Assembly (NCBI GenBank): GCA_964342625.1
Contig: CAYFGC010000002.1
Coordinates: 1 to 42,649 of the forward strand
Length of the DNA: 42,649 nucleotides
Reading direction: 5' to 3'
DNA from: an uncultured Candidatus Poseidoniales archaeon
GTDB taxonomy: Archaea > Thermoplasmatota > Poseidoniia > Poseidoniales > Thalassarchaeaceae
Every line of letters begins with the position of its first letter. Within the stretch, counting starts at the first letter, position 1. The position numbers and the translations under genes were made by a program. Positions 26,504 through 35,137 of this stretch are shown in pieces. The notes below the pieces were generated by a model. That model saw nothing but the letters and a program-made list of their open reading frames with translations. It had not been told where the DNA came from and searched no databases.

Positions 26504-28240
26504 ATGCCAGCCCAACTCAGTTCCATGCTGGATGGATCAATGGGCCCGACCAAGCAGAAGGCTGCTCGTTTAGTGGTCGATCTGGCCTCCACGGCAGGCG
26601 CAAATGAATACATCCGAGTGGACAACGCACACGTTTCAGGGGTCAGCGTGATTACCGGTGGCCACGGATTGAGGAGATTCCTTTCAGACCTATCGGGAGA
26701 CACCGAAGGCGTGGTCTCGATTCCAACGACCCTGAATTCGGCCGGATGCGATCACGAGAAGATGGAGGAGATGGGGATTGACTACCCTGACTTCCTTGAG
26801 CAGCAGTTCGAGATAGTTCAAGCATACTCTGAGTTGGGTATCGAGGCAACGCTCTCATGCACGCCATATGACCGTGGAATCGAGAGCTCGGAAGGCATAG
26901 GTTCCTGGGCCGAGTCAAACGCAGTTTGCTTCTCCAACTCTTACACATCGCTAATCACGAATAGGGAATCTGGCCTCTCTGCGCTTGCCACAGCTCTTAC
27001 GGGATGGGCTCCAAAATGGGGCCTGCACATCGAATCAAACAGGGTGCCCAACATCCTAGTCAATGTCGAGGCCCAGATGTCGAACCTTACCGATTGGAGT
27101 ATCCTTGGTGATTGGATCGGCAAGCAGATACTCCCCACTTGGGACCTTCCATGGGGCCCCATGCCTAGGTTCGTCGGACTTCCAAGGGCCAGCTTCGAGA
27201 TGCAGAAGGCATTGACCGCATCAGCAGCAAACTACGGGTGTCCGATGCTATGGGCGGATGGGATCACCCCAGATGCCCCCGAAGTGGGATCATACCAGGG
27301 CGAGGTGACGTTCACCGAGGGGGACCTCGAACAGAGATACAGGGACCTCTCCCCGAGGGGAAGGGTCGATCTGGTGGTAATCGGTTGCCCACAGGCCAGT
27401 GTAGGGGAGGCCAGAGAAACCGCAGCAGCAGTTAGAGCGAGGATGGAATTGGGCGAGGCCATCCCCGATCACAGACTTTGGTTGTTCATGAGTTCCCACA
27501 ACTACGACCTGATTTCAGCTGATGGGACGCTAGACCTACTCGAGGAGGCAGGCGCCCTCGTTCTCAAGGACACCTGCCCAGAGGTAACCCCATACAATCG
27601 ATCGAAGTACAATCACCTCCTGACTAACTCCCTCAAGGCGGAACACTACCTAACCAGTGGCTTGAACCGGATTCCAACCAGTGTCGCGACCATAATCGAT
27701 TGCGTCGCCCATGCGTTTGACGACTCACTCGCCGATGGCCCCGCGCCCGAGTTGGATGACCATTCAGCGACTCCCATCCACACCGCCAAGACGCATCAGG
27801 ACTCTCCTTTCGAGTCAATTGGGAGGGGCATACCAAGTCAGACCCAGTGGGAGGTTTCCGGCAAGGCCTTGGTAACCGACGTGCCAATAACGTACCTCGG
27901 GTACGTGAACAGGGACACAGGGGTGATCGAGGAACCAGGACACCCGCTCGATGGTGTCCCAATCAAGGACACGGTCCTGATCTACCCGAAGGGATCAGGC
28001 TCCACAGTCGCACCCTTCGTCCTAATGGGTCTGATCTACACCGGATTCGGGCCCATGGCCATAGTGAATCGTGACGTTTGCCCACTCACTCTCCCCGCAG
28101 CATCCCTCTTGGGCGTCCCCTACGCTCACGGATTCCGAGACGACCCGACTATCCGAGTAAACACGGGGGACGACGTCTCGCTGTCACTTTCGGACGGCGA
28201 AGTGTCACTCCGGGTAGAGGCACGCTCTACCGAGGGTTGA
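26504..28240 (+). CDS. Aconitase X (AcnX) with the large (DUF521) and small (DUF126) modules fused in one polypeptide
   Basis: 'MLDGSMGPTKQKAARLVVDLASTAGANEYIRVDNAHVSG' is a DUF521 N-terminus. C-terminal 'GKALVTDVPITYLGYVNRDTGVIEEPGHPLDGVPIKDTVLIYPKGSGSTVAPFVLMGL' is a DUF126 swivel domain. Start set at ATG 26504, because the tracked start 26378 overlaps nikR. Confidence 0.85.
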   Translation: MPAQLSSMLDGSMGPTKQKAARLVVDLASTAGANEYIRVDNAHVSGVSVITGGHGLRRFLSDLSGDTEGVVSIPTTLNSAGCDHEKMEEMGIDYPDFLEQQFEIVQAYSELGIEATLSCTPYDRGIESSEGIGSWAESNAVCFSNSYTSLITNRESGLSALATALTGWAPKWGLHIESNRVPNILVNVEAQMSNLTDWSILGDWIGKQILPTWDLPWGPMPRFVGLPRASFEMQKALTASAANYGCPMLWADGITPDAPEVGSYQGEVTFTEGDLEQRYRDLSPRGRVDLVVIGCPQASVGEARETAAAVRARMELGEAIPDHRLWLFMSSHNYDLISADGTLDLLEEAGALVLKDTCPEVTPYNRSKYNHLLTNSLKAEHYLTSGLNRIPTSVATIIDCVAHAFDDSLADGPAPELDDHSATPIHTAKTHQDSPFESIGRGIPSQTQWEVSGKALVTDVPITYLGYVNRDTGVIEEPGHPLDGVPIKDTVLIYPKGSGSTVAPFVLMGLIYTGFGPMAIVNRDVCPLTLPAASLLGVPYAHGFRDDPTIRVNTGDDVSLSLSDGEVSLRVEARSTEG

Positions 28241-28264
28241 TGGCATCCACTCCCTGCAAGGGCC

Positions 28265-30394
28265 ATGGTCGGACGCAGTGATCCCGAACCCTGCAGGGAA
28301 CAGGACTGGGGCCTCTTCGAGATCACAAACAGGGACGGTGCAGCTAGAATCGGGAGAATTCACACCAAGCACGGGGCAATCACCACTCCAATGCTGCTAC
28401 CCGTCATCAACCCCAACCTGAGGACGATAGAGCCACGGGAGATGTGGGAGAAATACGGAATCGAGGCCCTGATCACAAACTCGTACGTCATTTGGAAGCA
28501 CGAAGACCTACGAACCACGGCACTTTCGGATGGCATACACTCGCTTATCGACTTCCCAGGAGCAGTGGTGACGGACTCCGGGACCTTCCAGTCCTACGTT
28601 TACGGGGATGTCGAAGTCGGTCCAGAGGAGATAGTGGCCTTCCAGAGGGACATGGGGGTCGACATAGGGACGATGCTCGACGTCTTCGGAAGGCCGGATA
28701 TGACCAGGGAGCAGTTGGAGAACTCGGTTCAGGAGACTGTGAATCGTGCCGAAAAATCACTCTCTGTGGCTGGCTCGGAGATGCTACTGAATGGCCCGAT
28801 CCAAGGGGGGACGCATGCCGACCTAAGGGCAGAGTCATCGCTCCTGATGGGCTCAGCCGAGAGCGAAGGAAGGGGTTTCGCAGTGCACCCGATCGGAGGC
28901 ATAGTGCCTCTCATGGAGCAGCAGAGGTACCAGGAGCTATTCGAGATTCTACTCGCCTCCAAGTCCAACCTACCGCCAGATAGGCCAGTCCACTTCTTCG
29001 GCTGCGGGCACCCTATGCTTTTCCCGATGGCAATCGCACTCGGGGTGGACTTGTTCGATAGCGCGGCTTACGCGATATTCGCCAGAGACGACCGCCTACT
29101 GACTCCAGAAGGGACCGTGAAGCTTGGCGACATACAGGAATGGCCGTTCAACTCGCACGCCCTATTCGGAACCACGCCCCAGGGGGTCAGGGATATGGAT
29201 AGGGACGAGAGGTCGACCATCCTCGCCAAGCACAACCTGGAAGTCACACAGTCCGAACTGGCAAGATGCCGGGAGGCGATCCGGAATGGAACTATATGGG
29301 AGCTGGCCGAGAAGAGAAGCCACGCATCACCGTACCTTAGGGAGGCTTTCCTCTGGCTTCAGGAGCAGCTGGACGACCCTGACGACGGACCCATCGGCGA
29401 CTCCGTGCTCCGGATGATAGCATCCACGAACCCACTCAGGGGAGGGGGTGAGGGGCTTGGTGACGAAATCGAATACCGCCCACACATCCTCCACATCCAA
29501 GCGCTTCTGGCGACGAGGTGGCGAGTACCCGGATCCTGGTGGGACGCGACAACTGGACCGCCCGAGAGAGTCCTGTTGATCGAGGGTGTGCCCCCGCCTT
29601 GGCGAAACTCCGCATTGGCTTCGGTGATCGAGCACCTTGTTGAGGAGCCCAGGACTGTCGTGATGATTTCCACGCCAATCGGCCCGATCCCATTCTCCAT
29701 AGAGGACGTCTCCCCCTGGTGCCACCTGACAGGACCAGATGGGATATGGGATCCGATTTTCGACGATGAGGAGGTCCTCGAAGCCCTCGAGGAGTTCGGC
29801 ATCTCCGAGATCCCGCTCATCCGGGCGATACCAATCGAGGGAGAGGAAGACCAGACCAAGGCACCGGAGGTCAGGGAGTGGCTAGATCGTTGCTCGGTCG
29901 TCGACAAATTGGCACTTCTCTGTGCGATCAACCCCTCAGACGGTTGCAAGATGACCGACGGAATGACAAGCCGGAAGTCACGGACTGACCGCCTGGTGAA
30001 TGTAAGCTCCGGAGGAGAACACATCCTTTCCCCCAGGCTAACTGACGGTGGAGTATCTCTCACAAATCACGGTGCCTCAATCGCGAATGGCCTGAACACC
30101 TCCCCCGTTCCCGATTTTGATTCTAGCGAGGAAGACTCTGACTTCCCTGGCATCCCGAGGGTCTGCATCATCGACGACGCCGTTCCATTCGTGGGCAAGG
30201 GGAGGAACGTGATGCACGGTTACATCTCCGGAGCCGACTCGCACCTGACTCCTGGGCAGCCTTGCATAGTGGTCGACTCAACAGGAGCACTGGTGGCTCA
30301 TGGCACTCCCATTACCACGCACCTCGAGATGTCGTACCTGAGGAAGGGAGTCGCGGTGAAGGTCAGGGAAGGCGCGATGAAGCAGGACTCCTAA
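28265..30394 (+). CDS. tgtA: Archaeosine tRNA-guanine transglycosylase (ArcTGT) with a C-terminal PUA domain
   Basis: 'FEITNRDGAARIGRIHTKHGAITTPMLLPVINPN', 'VVTDSGTFQ', 'HFFGCGHPMLFPMAIALGVDLFDSAAY' and 'LAKHNL'. C-terminal PUA-like 'PCIVVDSTGALVAHGTPITT...GVAVKVREG'. 709 aa. Confidence 0.9.
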   Translation: MVGRSDPEPCREQDWGLFEITNRDGAARIGRIHTKHGAITTPMLLPVINPNLRTIEPREMWEKYGIEALITNSYVIWKHEDLRTTALSDGIHSLIDFPGAVVTDSGTFQSYVYGDVEVGPEEIVAFQRDMGVDIGTMLDVFGRPDMTREQLENSVQETVNRAEKSLSVAGSEMLLNGPIQGGTHADLRAESSLLMGSAESEGRGFAVHPIGGIVPLMEQQRYQELFEILLASKSNLPPDRPVHFFGCGHPMLFPMAIALGVDLFDSAAYAIFARDDRLLTPEGTVKLGDIQEWPFNSHALFGTTPQGVRDMDRDERSTILAKHNLEVTQSELARCREAIRNGTIWELAEKRSHASPYLREAFLWLQEQLDDPDDGPIGDSVLRMIASTNPLRGGGEGLGDEIEYRPHILHIQALLATRWRVPGSWWDATTGPPERVLLIEGVPPPWRNSALASVIEHLVEEPRTVVMISTPIGPIPFSIEDVSPWCHLTGPDGIWDPIFDDEEVLEALEEFGISEIPLIRAIPIEGEEDQTKAPEVREWLDRCSVVDKLALLCAINPSDGCKMTDGMTSRKSRTDRLVNVSSGGEHILSPRLTDGGVSLTNHGASIANGLNTSPVPDFDSSEEDSDFPGIPRVCIIDDAVPFVGKGRNVMHGYISGADSHLTPGQPCIVVDSTGALVAHGTPITTHLEMSYLRKGVAVKVREGAMKQDS

Positions 30395-30443
30395 GTGGCA
30401 CGCTCCGGGGATTCATTCAAGTGATTGGCGTACGACCACGACA

Positions 30444-30462
30444 CGACTCCCGTAGGGAGTCG
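30444..30462 (+). promoter_or_regulatory. Perfect 8-bp stem / 3-nt loop hairpin (19-bp palindrome) abutting the SD-like GGTGA of the first ABC gene
   Basis: CGACTCCC-GTA-GGGAGTCG at 30444-30462. GGTGA at 30462-30466. ATG at 30473. Confidence 0.5.
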
Positions 30463-30472
30463 GTGACCAACT

Positions 30473-31468
30473 ATGGCCGAAGAAGACCCATTCTCCCAAG
30501 CCCCGGTCATCACCGCCAAGGGCCTGAGGAAGATGTACGGCCCCCATTTGGCCCTCGATGACATCAACCTGGAGATTCAAAGGGGGGCAGTAGGCATACT
30601 TGGGCCTAACGGGGCAGGGAAGTCCACCCTCTTCAAATGCCTGCTGGGGCTAATCACCACCACATCCGGAGAGGGATCGGTGCTCGGGCTCGATATTCGA
30701 ACCCAGGGGGAGCAGATCAGGTCGAAGATAGGATACATGCCAGAGTACAACGCACTCGATCCTAACCTCTTCGCCGTTGACCAGGTAAGATACGCAGGAG
30801 AATTACTGGGGATGAATTCGAAGAACGCAACCCAGAGAGCGCACGAAGTCCTCGAGTACGTCGGTCTCAAGGATCAGAGGTATAGGAAGATCGAGACATT
30901 CAGCACAGGGATGCTACAGGCCACCAAGCTAGCATGCGCCCTTGTCCACGACCCCGACATTCTGATCTGCGACGAACCTACGAACGGCCTTGACCAGAGG
31001 GCAAGGTCATTCATGCTGCAGACTCTCAACAGGACTGTCAAGGAGGGCAACAGATCCGTTCTGATGAGCAGTCACGTAATGGATGACGTCGAGGATCTAT
31101 GTGACAGCATTGTGATGATCCACAAGGGCAGGATAGTGGTACAGAGCTCCATCGAGGACCTCGTCGAGCAAGTAGACAAGGAGGTCGAGATGGTGATATG
31201 GGGCGGAGCCAGCAAGATGGAGTCGGAACTGTCTTCCATGGGCCTAGAGAACAGGAGGCTCGGGAGGGTGATCCGAATCAAGGTGGAGGACGAATCTACA
31301 GTGGACAAAGCCCTCCAGGCCGCAGTCTCGGCCGGCGTCCAAGTTCGTCAGATGAAGGAATACGAACCAGACCTGGAAGACATCTTCCTCCTGGTTATGG
31401 ATAAGCTGGGAGCACAGATCAAGGGAACTGAGGACCTGATGACTTCCGAGCACACGGGGGGTGACTGA
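30473..31468 (+). CDS. ABC transporter ATP-binding protein (ABC-2 type), copy 1
   Basis: Walker A 'GPNGAGKST', signature variant 'FSTGMLQ', Walker B 'ILICDEPTNGLD' and H-loop 'SSHVM'. Roughly 100-aa C-terminal extension. Confidence 0.9.
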   Translation: MAEEDPFSQAPVITAKGLRKMYGPHLALDDINLEIQRGAVGILGPNGAGKSTLFKCLLGLITTTSGEGSVLGLDIRTQGEQIRSKIGYMPEYNALDPNLFAVDQVRYAGELLGMNSKNATQRAHEVLEYVGLKDQRYRKIETFSTGMLQATKLACALVHDPDILICDEPTNGLDQRARSFMLQTLNRTVKEGNRSVLMSSHVMDDVEDLCDSIVMIHKGRIVVQSSIEDLVEQVDKEVEMVIWGGASKMESELSSMGLENRRLGRVIRIKVEDESTVDKALQAAVSAGVQVRQMKEYEPDLEDIFLLVMDKLGAQIKGTEDLMTSEHTGGD

Positions 31469-32479
31469 TTGTCCGAAGAGCAAGTGGGCCTCGAAGGAGG
31501 CGTTACTCGGATGGAAGCGGCATTCGGCTCGGGAGACGGGGACGATGAAGCGACAGCCGTGGTTGCGAAGTCCGAAGCCTCCCTCGGCCAGATTTTCGAG
31601 CAGAAGTACCGTCCATGGGACGGCATACTAGGACCTAGGTGGATGAGGAACTACGCCATCTTCAGGCACCATGTCTACGGGGTATTCACCGGCAAGGGGC
31701 ACAGACAGTACCATCCCATGGTCAGACTCCTGATTCTGATCATCTTCCTCGCATCCCTGACTCCAATACCCATGCTCTTCCTGTCATCCTTCATCGGCGA
31801 CGAGGGGGGCTTCTTCGAGAAGATGTGGGGTATCAACAGATACAACCTGTGGGGGCAGGTCCTCGGATACTTCCCACGGAACCTATGCATGTGGCCTCTA
31901 CTAACCGCAGTAGTCGTAGGAGGCATGATCTCTGACGACAGGCAGCACGGCACGAGCGCGATCTACTTCTCAAGGCCAATCTCCAGGCTGGACTACACTT
32001 CCATGAAGTACCTGAGCGTCGCAGTAATCCTAGGATTCGTGATAGTCTTCTCGTACTTCGCATACTACACGAGCGCAATCGTGTTCAAATCGGAGGGATG
32101 GGCGTATCTGGCTGACACGCTCCCAATGTTCCTGGGAGGAATGCTCGCAGGAATCATCCTGGTTATCACCTACACCTCAATAGGACTAGCACTCTCAAGC
32201 ATCAGCCAGAGCCGATTCTTTGCAGCCATCGGCTTCCTCAGCATCATCTATGGGACCAAACTGGTCTCTCTTCTGATAGAGCTACAGTTTGATACCACTT
32301 TCATGTATGCGACCAGTCCCTACGACTGTCTTGCTCACATGGGACAGTTCCTACTGGGAATCCCCTCCAACTACGAGCATCCGGTCTCAATCTCCATCGT
32401 CTCACTCATTGTCATGAACGCAGTCTCAGTCTGGCTCCTAGTTTCCCGTGTGACCTCACTGGAGGTGACTAGGGAATGA
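31469..32479 (+). CDS. ABC-2 family permease (about 6 TM), copy 1
   Basis: Begins immediately after the ATPase stop (TGA then TTG; alternative starts GTG 31484 and ATG 31511). It has a cytoplasmic acidic N-terminus followed by six hydrophobic segments. Confidence 0.72.
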   Translation: MSEEQVGLEGGVTRMEAAFGSGDGDDEATAVVAKSEASLGQIFEQKYRPWDGILGPRWMRNYAIFRHHVYGVFTGKGHRQYHPMVRLLILIIFLASLTPIPMLFLSSFIGDEGGFFEKMWGINRYNLWGQVLGYFPRNLCMWPLLTAVVVGGMISDDRQHGTSAIYFSRPISRLDYTSMKYLSVAVILGFVIVFSYFAYYTSAIVFKSEGWAYLADTLPMFLGGMLAGIILVITYTSIGLALSSISQSRFFAAIGFLSIIYGTKLVSLLIELQFDTTFMYATSPYDCLAHMGQFLLGIPSNYEHPVSISIVSLIVMNAVSVWLLVSRVTSLEVTRE

Positions 32480-33423
32480 CGATGGAGAATCAAGATCCGC
32501 CGGCGGTCCTGATCGACCAGGTCTCTAAGTGGTACGGGCAGGTGATTGGAATCAACGACCTCTCGTTGGCCATTGACGGGGGCGTTACTGGCGTCCTCGG
32601 GCCAAATGGTGCAGGCAAGTCCACTCTGTTCAAGCTGATGATGGGGAGGATCAGGCCCAGCCAGGGTTCTGTCAGGCTCTTCGGGGCCGACCCCTGGAAC
32701 AATACTGCCCCCTATCGCAGGGTCGGTTACGTAAGCGAGTCGGAGAAGCTCTACGAGTGGATGACTGCACTGGACTTCGTAACCACTCTGGCCAGACTGC
32801 ATGGGATGACCAGGGAGGAAGCGACCGAGAGATCCGCGCACGTCCTGGATTTCGTGGGATTGACGGATGTCATGCACAAGGAGCTGGGCAAGTTCAGCAA
32901 GGGAATGAGGCAGAGGGTCAAGATCGCGCACGCACTGGTGCACGATCCCGACCTGATCATCCTGGACGAACCGTTGCACGGGTGCGATCCACTTGCGAGG
33001 ACCAGCATCATGAGCGTAATCCGAGAGATGGGCGAGCAGGGGAAGACGATACTAGTATCCAGTCACATCCTGGAGGAGATAGAGCGAATCACCGAGCAGA
33101 TCGTAATTCTCCACAACGGACGTCTACTAGCCATAGGCAATTTGCATGCTATCCGAGGACTTCTCGACAAGCACCCCCATAGGATTCTGATAAAGTGCGA
33201 GGACCCCAGGAGCCTAGCTAACCTATTCGTCTCACAGGAACCGGTTTTCGGAGTCAGGTTCCCCCGGGAGGGGCAATTGGAGATTCAGACGAACGACCTC
33301 TCGGCAGCGCACTCGGTCCTCCCTTCGATCGTCGTGAACTCTAAGCAGAAGATTACCAGCATCGAGAACCCGGATGACAATCTGGAATCACTACTCAGCT
33401 ACCTGATAAAGGAGGGAAGCTGA
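32476..33423 (+). CDS. ABC transporter ATP-binding protein (ABC-2 type), copy 2
   Basis: ATGA overlap with the upstream permease stop. Walker A 'GPNGAGKST', 'FSKGMRQR', Walker B 'LIILDEPLHGCD' and H-loop 'SSHIL'. Confidence 0.9.
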   Translation: MTMENQDPPAVLIDQVSKWYGQVIGINDLSLAIDGGVTGVLGPNGAGKSTLFKLMMGRIRPSQGSVRLFGADPWNNTAPYRRVGYVSESEKLYEWMTALDFVTTLARLHGMTREEATERSAHVLDFVGLTDVMHKELGKFSKGMRQRVKIAHALVHDPDLIILDEPLHGCDPLARTSIMSVIREMGEQGKTILVSSHILEEIERITEQIVILHNGRLLAIGNLHAIRGLLDKHPHRILIKCEDPRSLANLFVSQEPVFGVRFPREGQLEIQTNDLSAAHSVLPSIVVNSKQKITSIENPDDNLESLLSYLIKEGS

Positions 33424-35132
33424 TGGACAGAAAGGGCAAGGCCCTCTCTGAGACCGTCTGGACCAGGATGGACAGGAAGGCAGGAGCCATCATCGAACTC
33501 ACCATGAGGCAACTCAGGCACCGTGTTTCGACATGGGTAGTACTTGGCGTCGGAGTGCTACTGATGGCGCTGCTCCTGACATTCTACGTCGATTCTGTGA
33601 GGGAGTCTTTCGAACCCATCGATAACGATGGTGACAGCGAGGATAAGGACGGCGATGGGTATCCAGAGGGTCAGGAGAGGAAGTACGGAACCGAGGACTA
33701 CGACTCGTCTTCTTATCCTGGAGCAAGCGTCTTCGTCCCTGAAAGCGACATTGACTGGAACGACGCAGACAGGTCGGAATTCGGCAACAATTCATGGGAG
33801 GGAAGCGCATTCTTCGAGGCCTCATGGGTCGATGACCAATACTCGGGAGAGTGGTGGGATAGCCATGTTGACTGGAATCTGAACCAAGAAGGAGTCCCGG
33901 AACTAACCGATTGCTCGGATTGGGAATTGGACGAAATCCTCGGCTCCATCTGGTCCGAGGCCTGCGACATGGGGGATGACGACGGCGATGGGATGAACAC
34001 CTACTACGTGGCAGGAAAATGGAGAGGGACGGGAATCGCCACCGTCCCTGAGAATTACTACCTGCTCTGGGGCTACTGGACGGAGGAAGTATACGTCGAG
34101 CCAGACCCACCAGAGATGTACATCAACGAAGACGGAATTGACTGCTTCACCGCCTTCGTCCTAAGTGGCGATGACTGGGAGGAAAGTAGGGTCGACTGCC
34201 CATCCGAGACAAGGCTCTCGGGAAGCCATGGGTTCGACAACGACGGCGACTGCCTAGCGCTCGATGATGGGAATGGAAATGACGACAACGAGAACGGCAT
34301 CGTCTGCGACGTCCAATGGATCGCATCTAATGGCGTCGTGACCTGGATCGAGGCAGACAGACTAGTCGACGAGGATCCCGACGAGCAGGAGTACATAGGG
34401 GAGCTAGGGCATAGGACGTTCGTCATAGCCGTCGGCAAGATGGCATTCGTCATTCTACTGGGACTGTTCATCCCGCTGTTCCTATCTCTCGGACTGGTCA
34501 GGGACGAGACGGAAAACGGAACCCTGCACCTCCTTCTCTCGAAGCCCATCCACCGTGCAGAGTTCATCATCTACCGATTGTCCGGCTATCTCGCTATCTC
34601 CGGAAGCTATGTGGTAGGCCTCTCCCTAATTGTGGGACTGATCTCGTCTATACTAGGTCCCGGAGACCAACTGATTCGACTCTCGGACATCCCGGTCTGG
34701 ATAGGGATAGGGATCGCCACGACACTGGTTCTGGCTGCGTACGGCTCGATGTTCAATGCAATGGGACTAATCTCCCCCAAGTATGGAGTCTACCTCTGCA
34801 TAGTCTTCGGAATATGGGAGTTCATGATGGGGAGCTTCTCCATAGTCAACCCCAATTGGACCGTGGCAAGCGTCTCAATCTCGCACTGGGCCCTCCAGAT
34901 GATTGATGCAGTCGTCCTACTCGCATGGCCGGACACCATCCAGTGGGCTGAGATGGATAATGCGTTTGGAATTGGCTCCGGCCTCTCAGTATTCTGGCAA
35001 CCACCGGTCCATACACTAGGAACCTCCTCCGCAGGAATCGCCCTCCTAAACAGCACCCTGGTCCTTTTCCTCGTTACTGTGGCATGGGTATTCATAGCCA
35101 AGTCAGTCTTCAGTCGCAGGGAGATAATGTGA
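33423..35132 (+). CDS. ABC-2-like permease with a roughly 275-aa Asp-rich, Cys-containing extracytoplasmic domain between TM1 and TM2
   Basis: TGATG overlap with ATPase 2. TM1 'WVVLGVGVLLMALLLTFYV'. The ectodomain carries 'DNDGDSEDKDGDGYPEG', 'DDDGDGMN', 'DNDGDC' and 'DDGNGNDDNENG' plus 6 Cys, and is followed by about 5 C-terminal TM segments. Confidence 0.75.
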   Translation: MDRKGKALSETVWTRMDRKAGAIIELTMRQLRHRVSTWVVLGVGVLLMALLLTFYVDSVRESFEPIDNDGDSEDKDGDGYPEGQERKYGTEDYDSSSYPGASVFVPESDIDWNDADRSEFGNNSWEGSAFFEASWVDDQYSGEWWDSHVDWNLNQEGVPELTDCSDWELDEILGSIWSEACDMGDDDGDGMNTYYVAGKWRGTGIATVPENYYLLWGYWTEEVYVEPDPPEMYINEDGIDCFTAFVLSGDDWEESRVDCPSETRLSGSHGFDNDGDCLALDDGNGNDDNENGIVCDVQWIASNGVVTWIEADRLVDEDPDEQEYIGELGHRTFVIAVGKMAFVILLGLFIPLFLSLGLVRDETENGTLHLLLSKPIHRAEFIIYRLSGYLAISGSYVVGLSLIVGLISSILGPGDQLIRLSDIPVWIGIGIATTLVLAAYGSMFNAMGLISPKYGVYLCIVFGIWEFMMGSFSIVNPNWTVASVSISHWALQMIDAVVLLAWPDTIQWAEMDNAFGIGSGLSVFWQPPVHTLGTSSAGIALLNSTLVLFLVTVAWVFIAKSVFSRREIM

Positions 35133-35137
35133 TTTCG

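Noticed and set aside
29359-30063. 234-aa ORF antisense to the ArcTGT gene, plus the nested ORFs 29327..29725 and 29436..29693
   Set aside because: The composition is Ser/Pro/Arg/Gly-rich low complexity. The ORF lies wholly inside a confidently identified gene on the other strand. It is typical GC-driven antisense open frame.
32371-34570. Long antisense ORFs 32371..32979 (202 aa), 33514..34110 (198 aa) and 34073..34570 (165 aa) opposite the ABC genes
   Set aside because: They are Arg/Pro/Ser-rich with no recognisable motifs. The sense-strand genes carry unambiguous Walker, signature and TM features.
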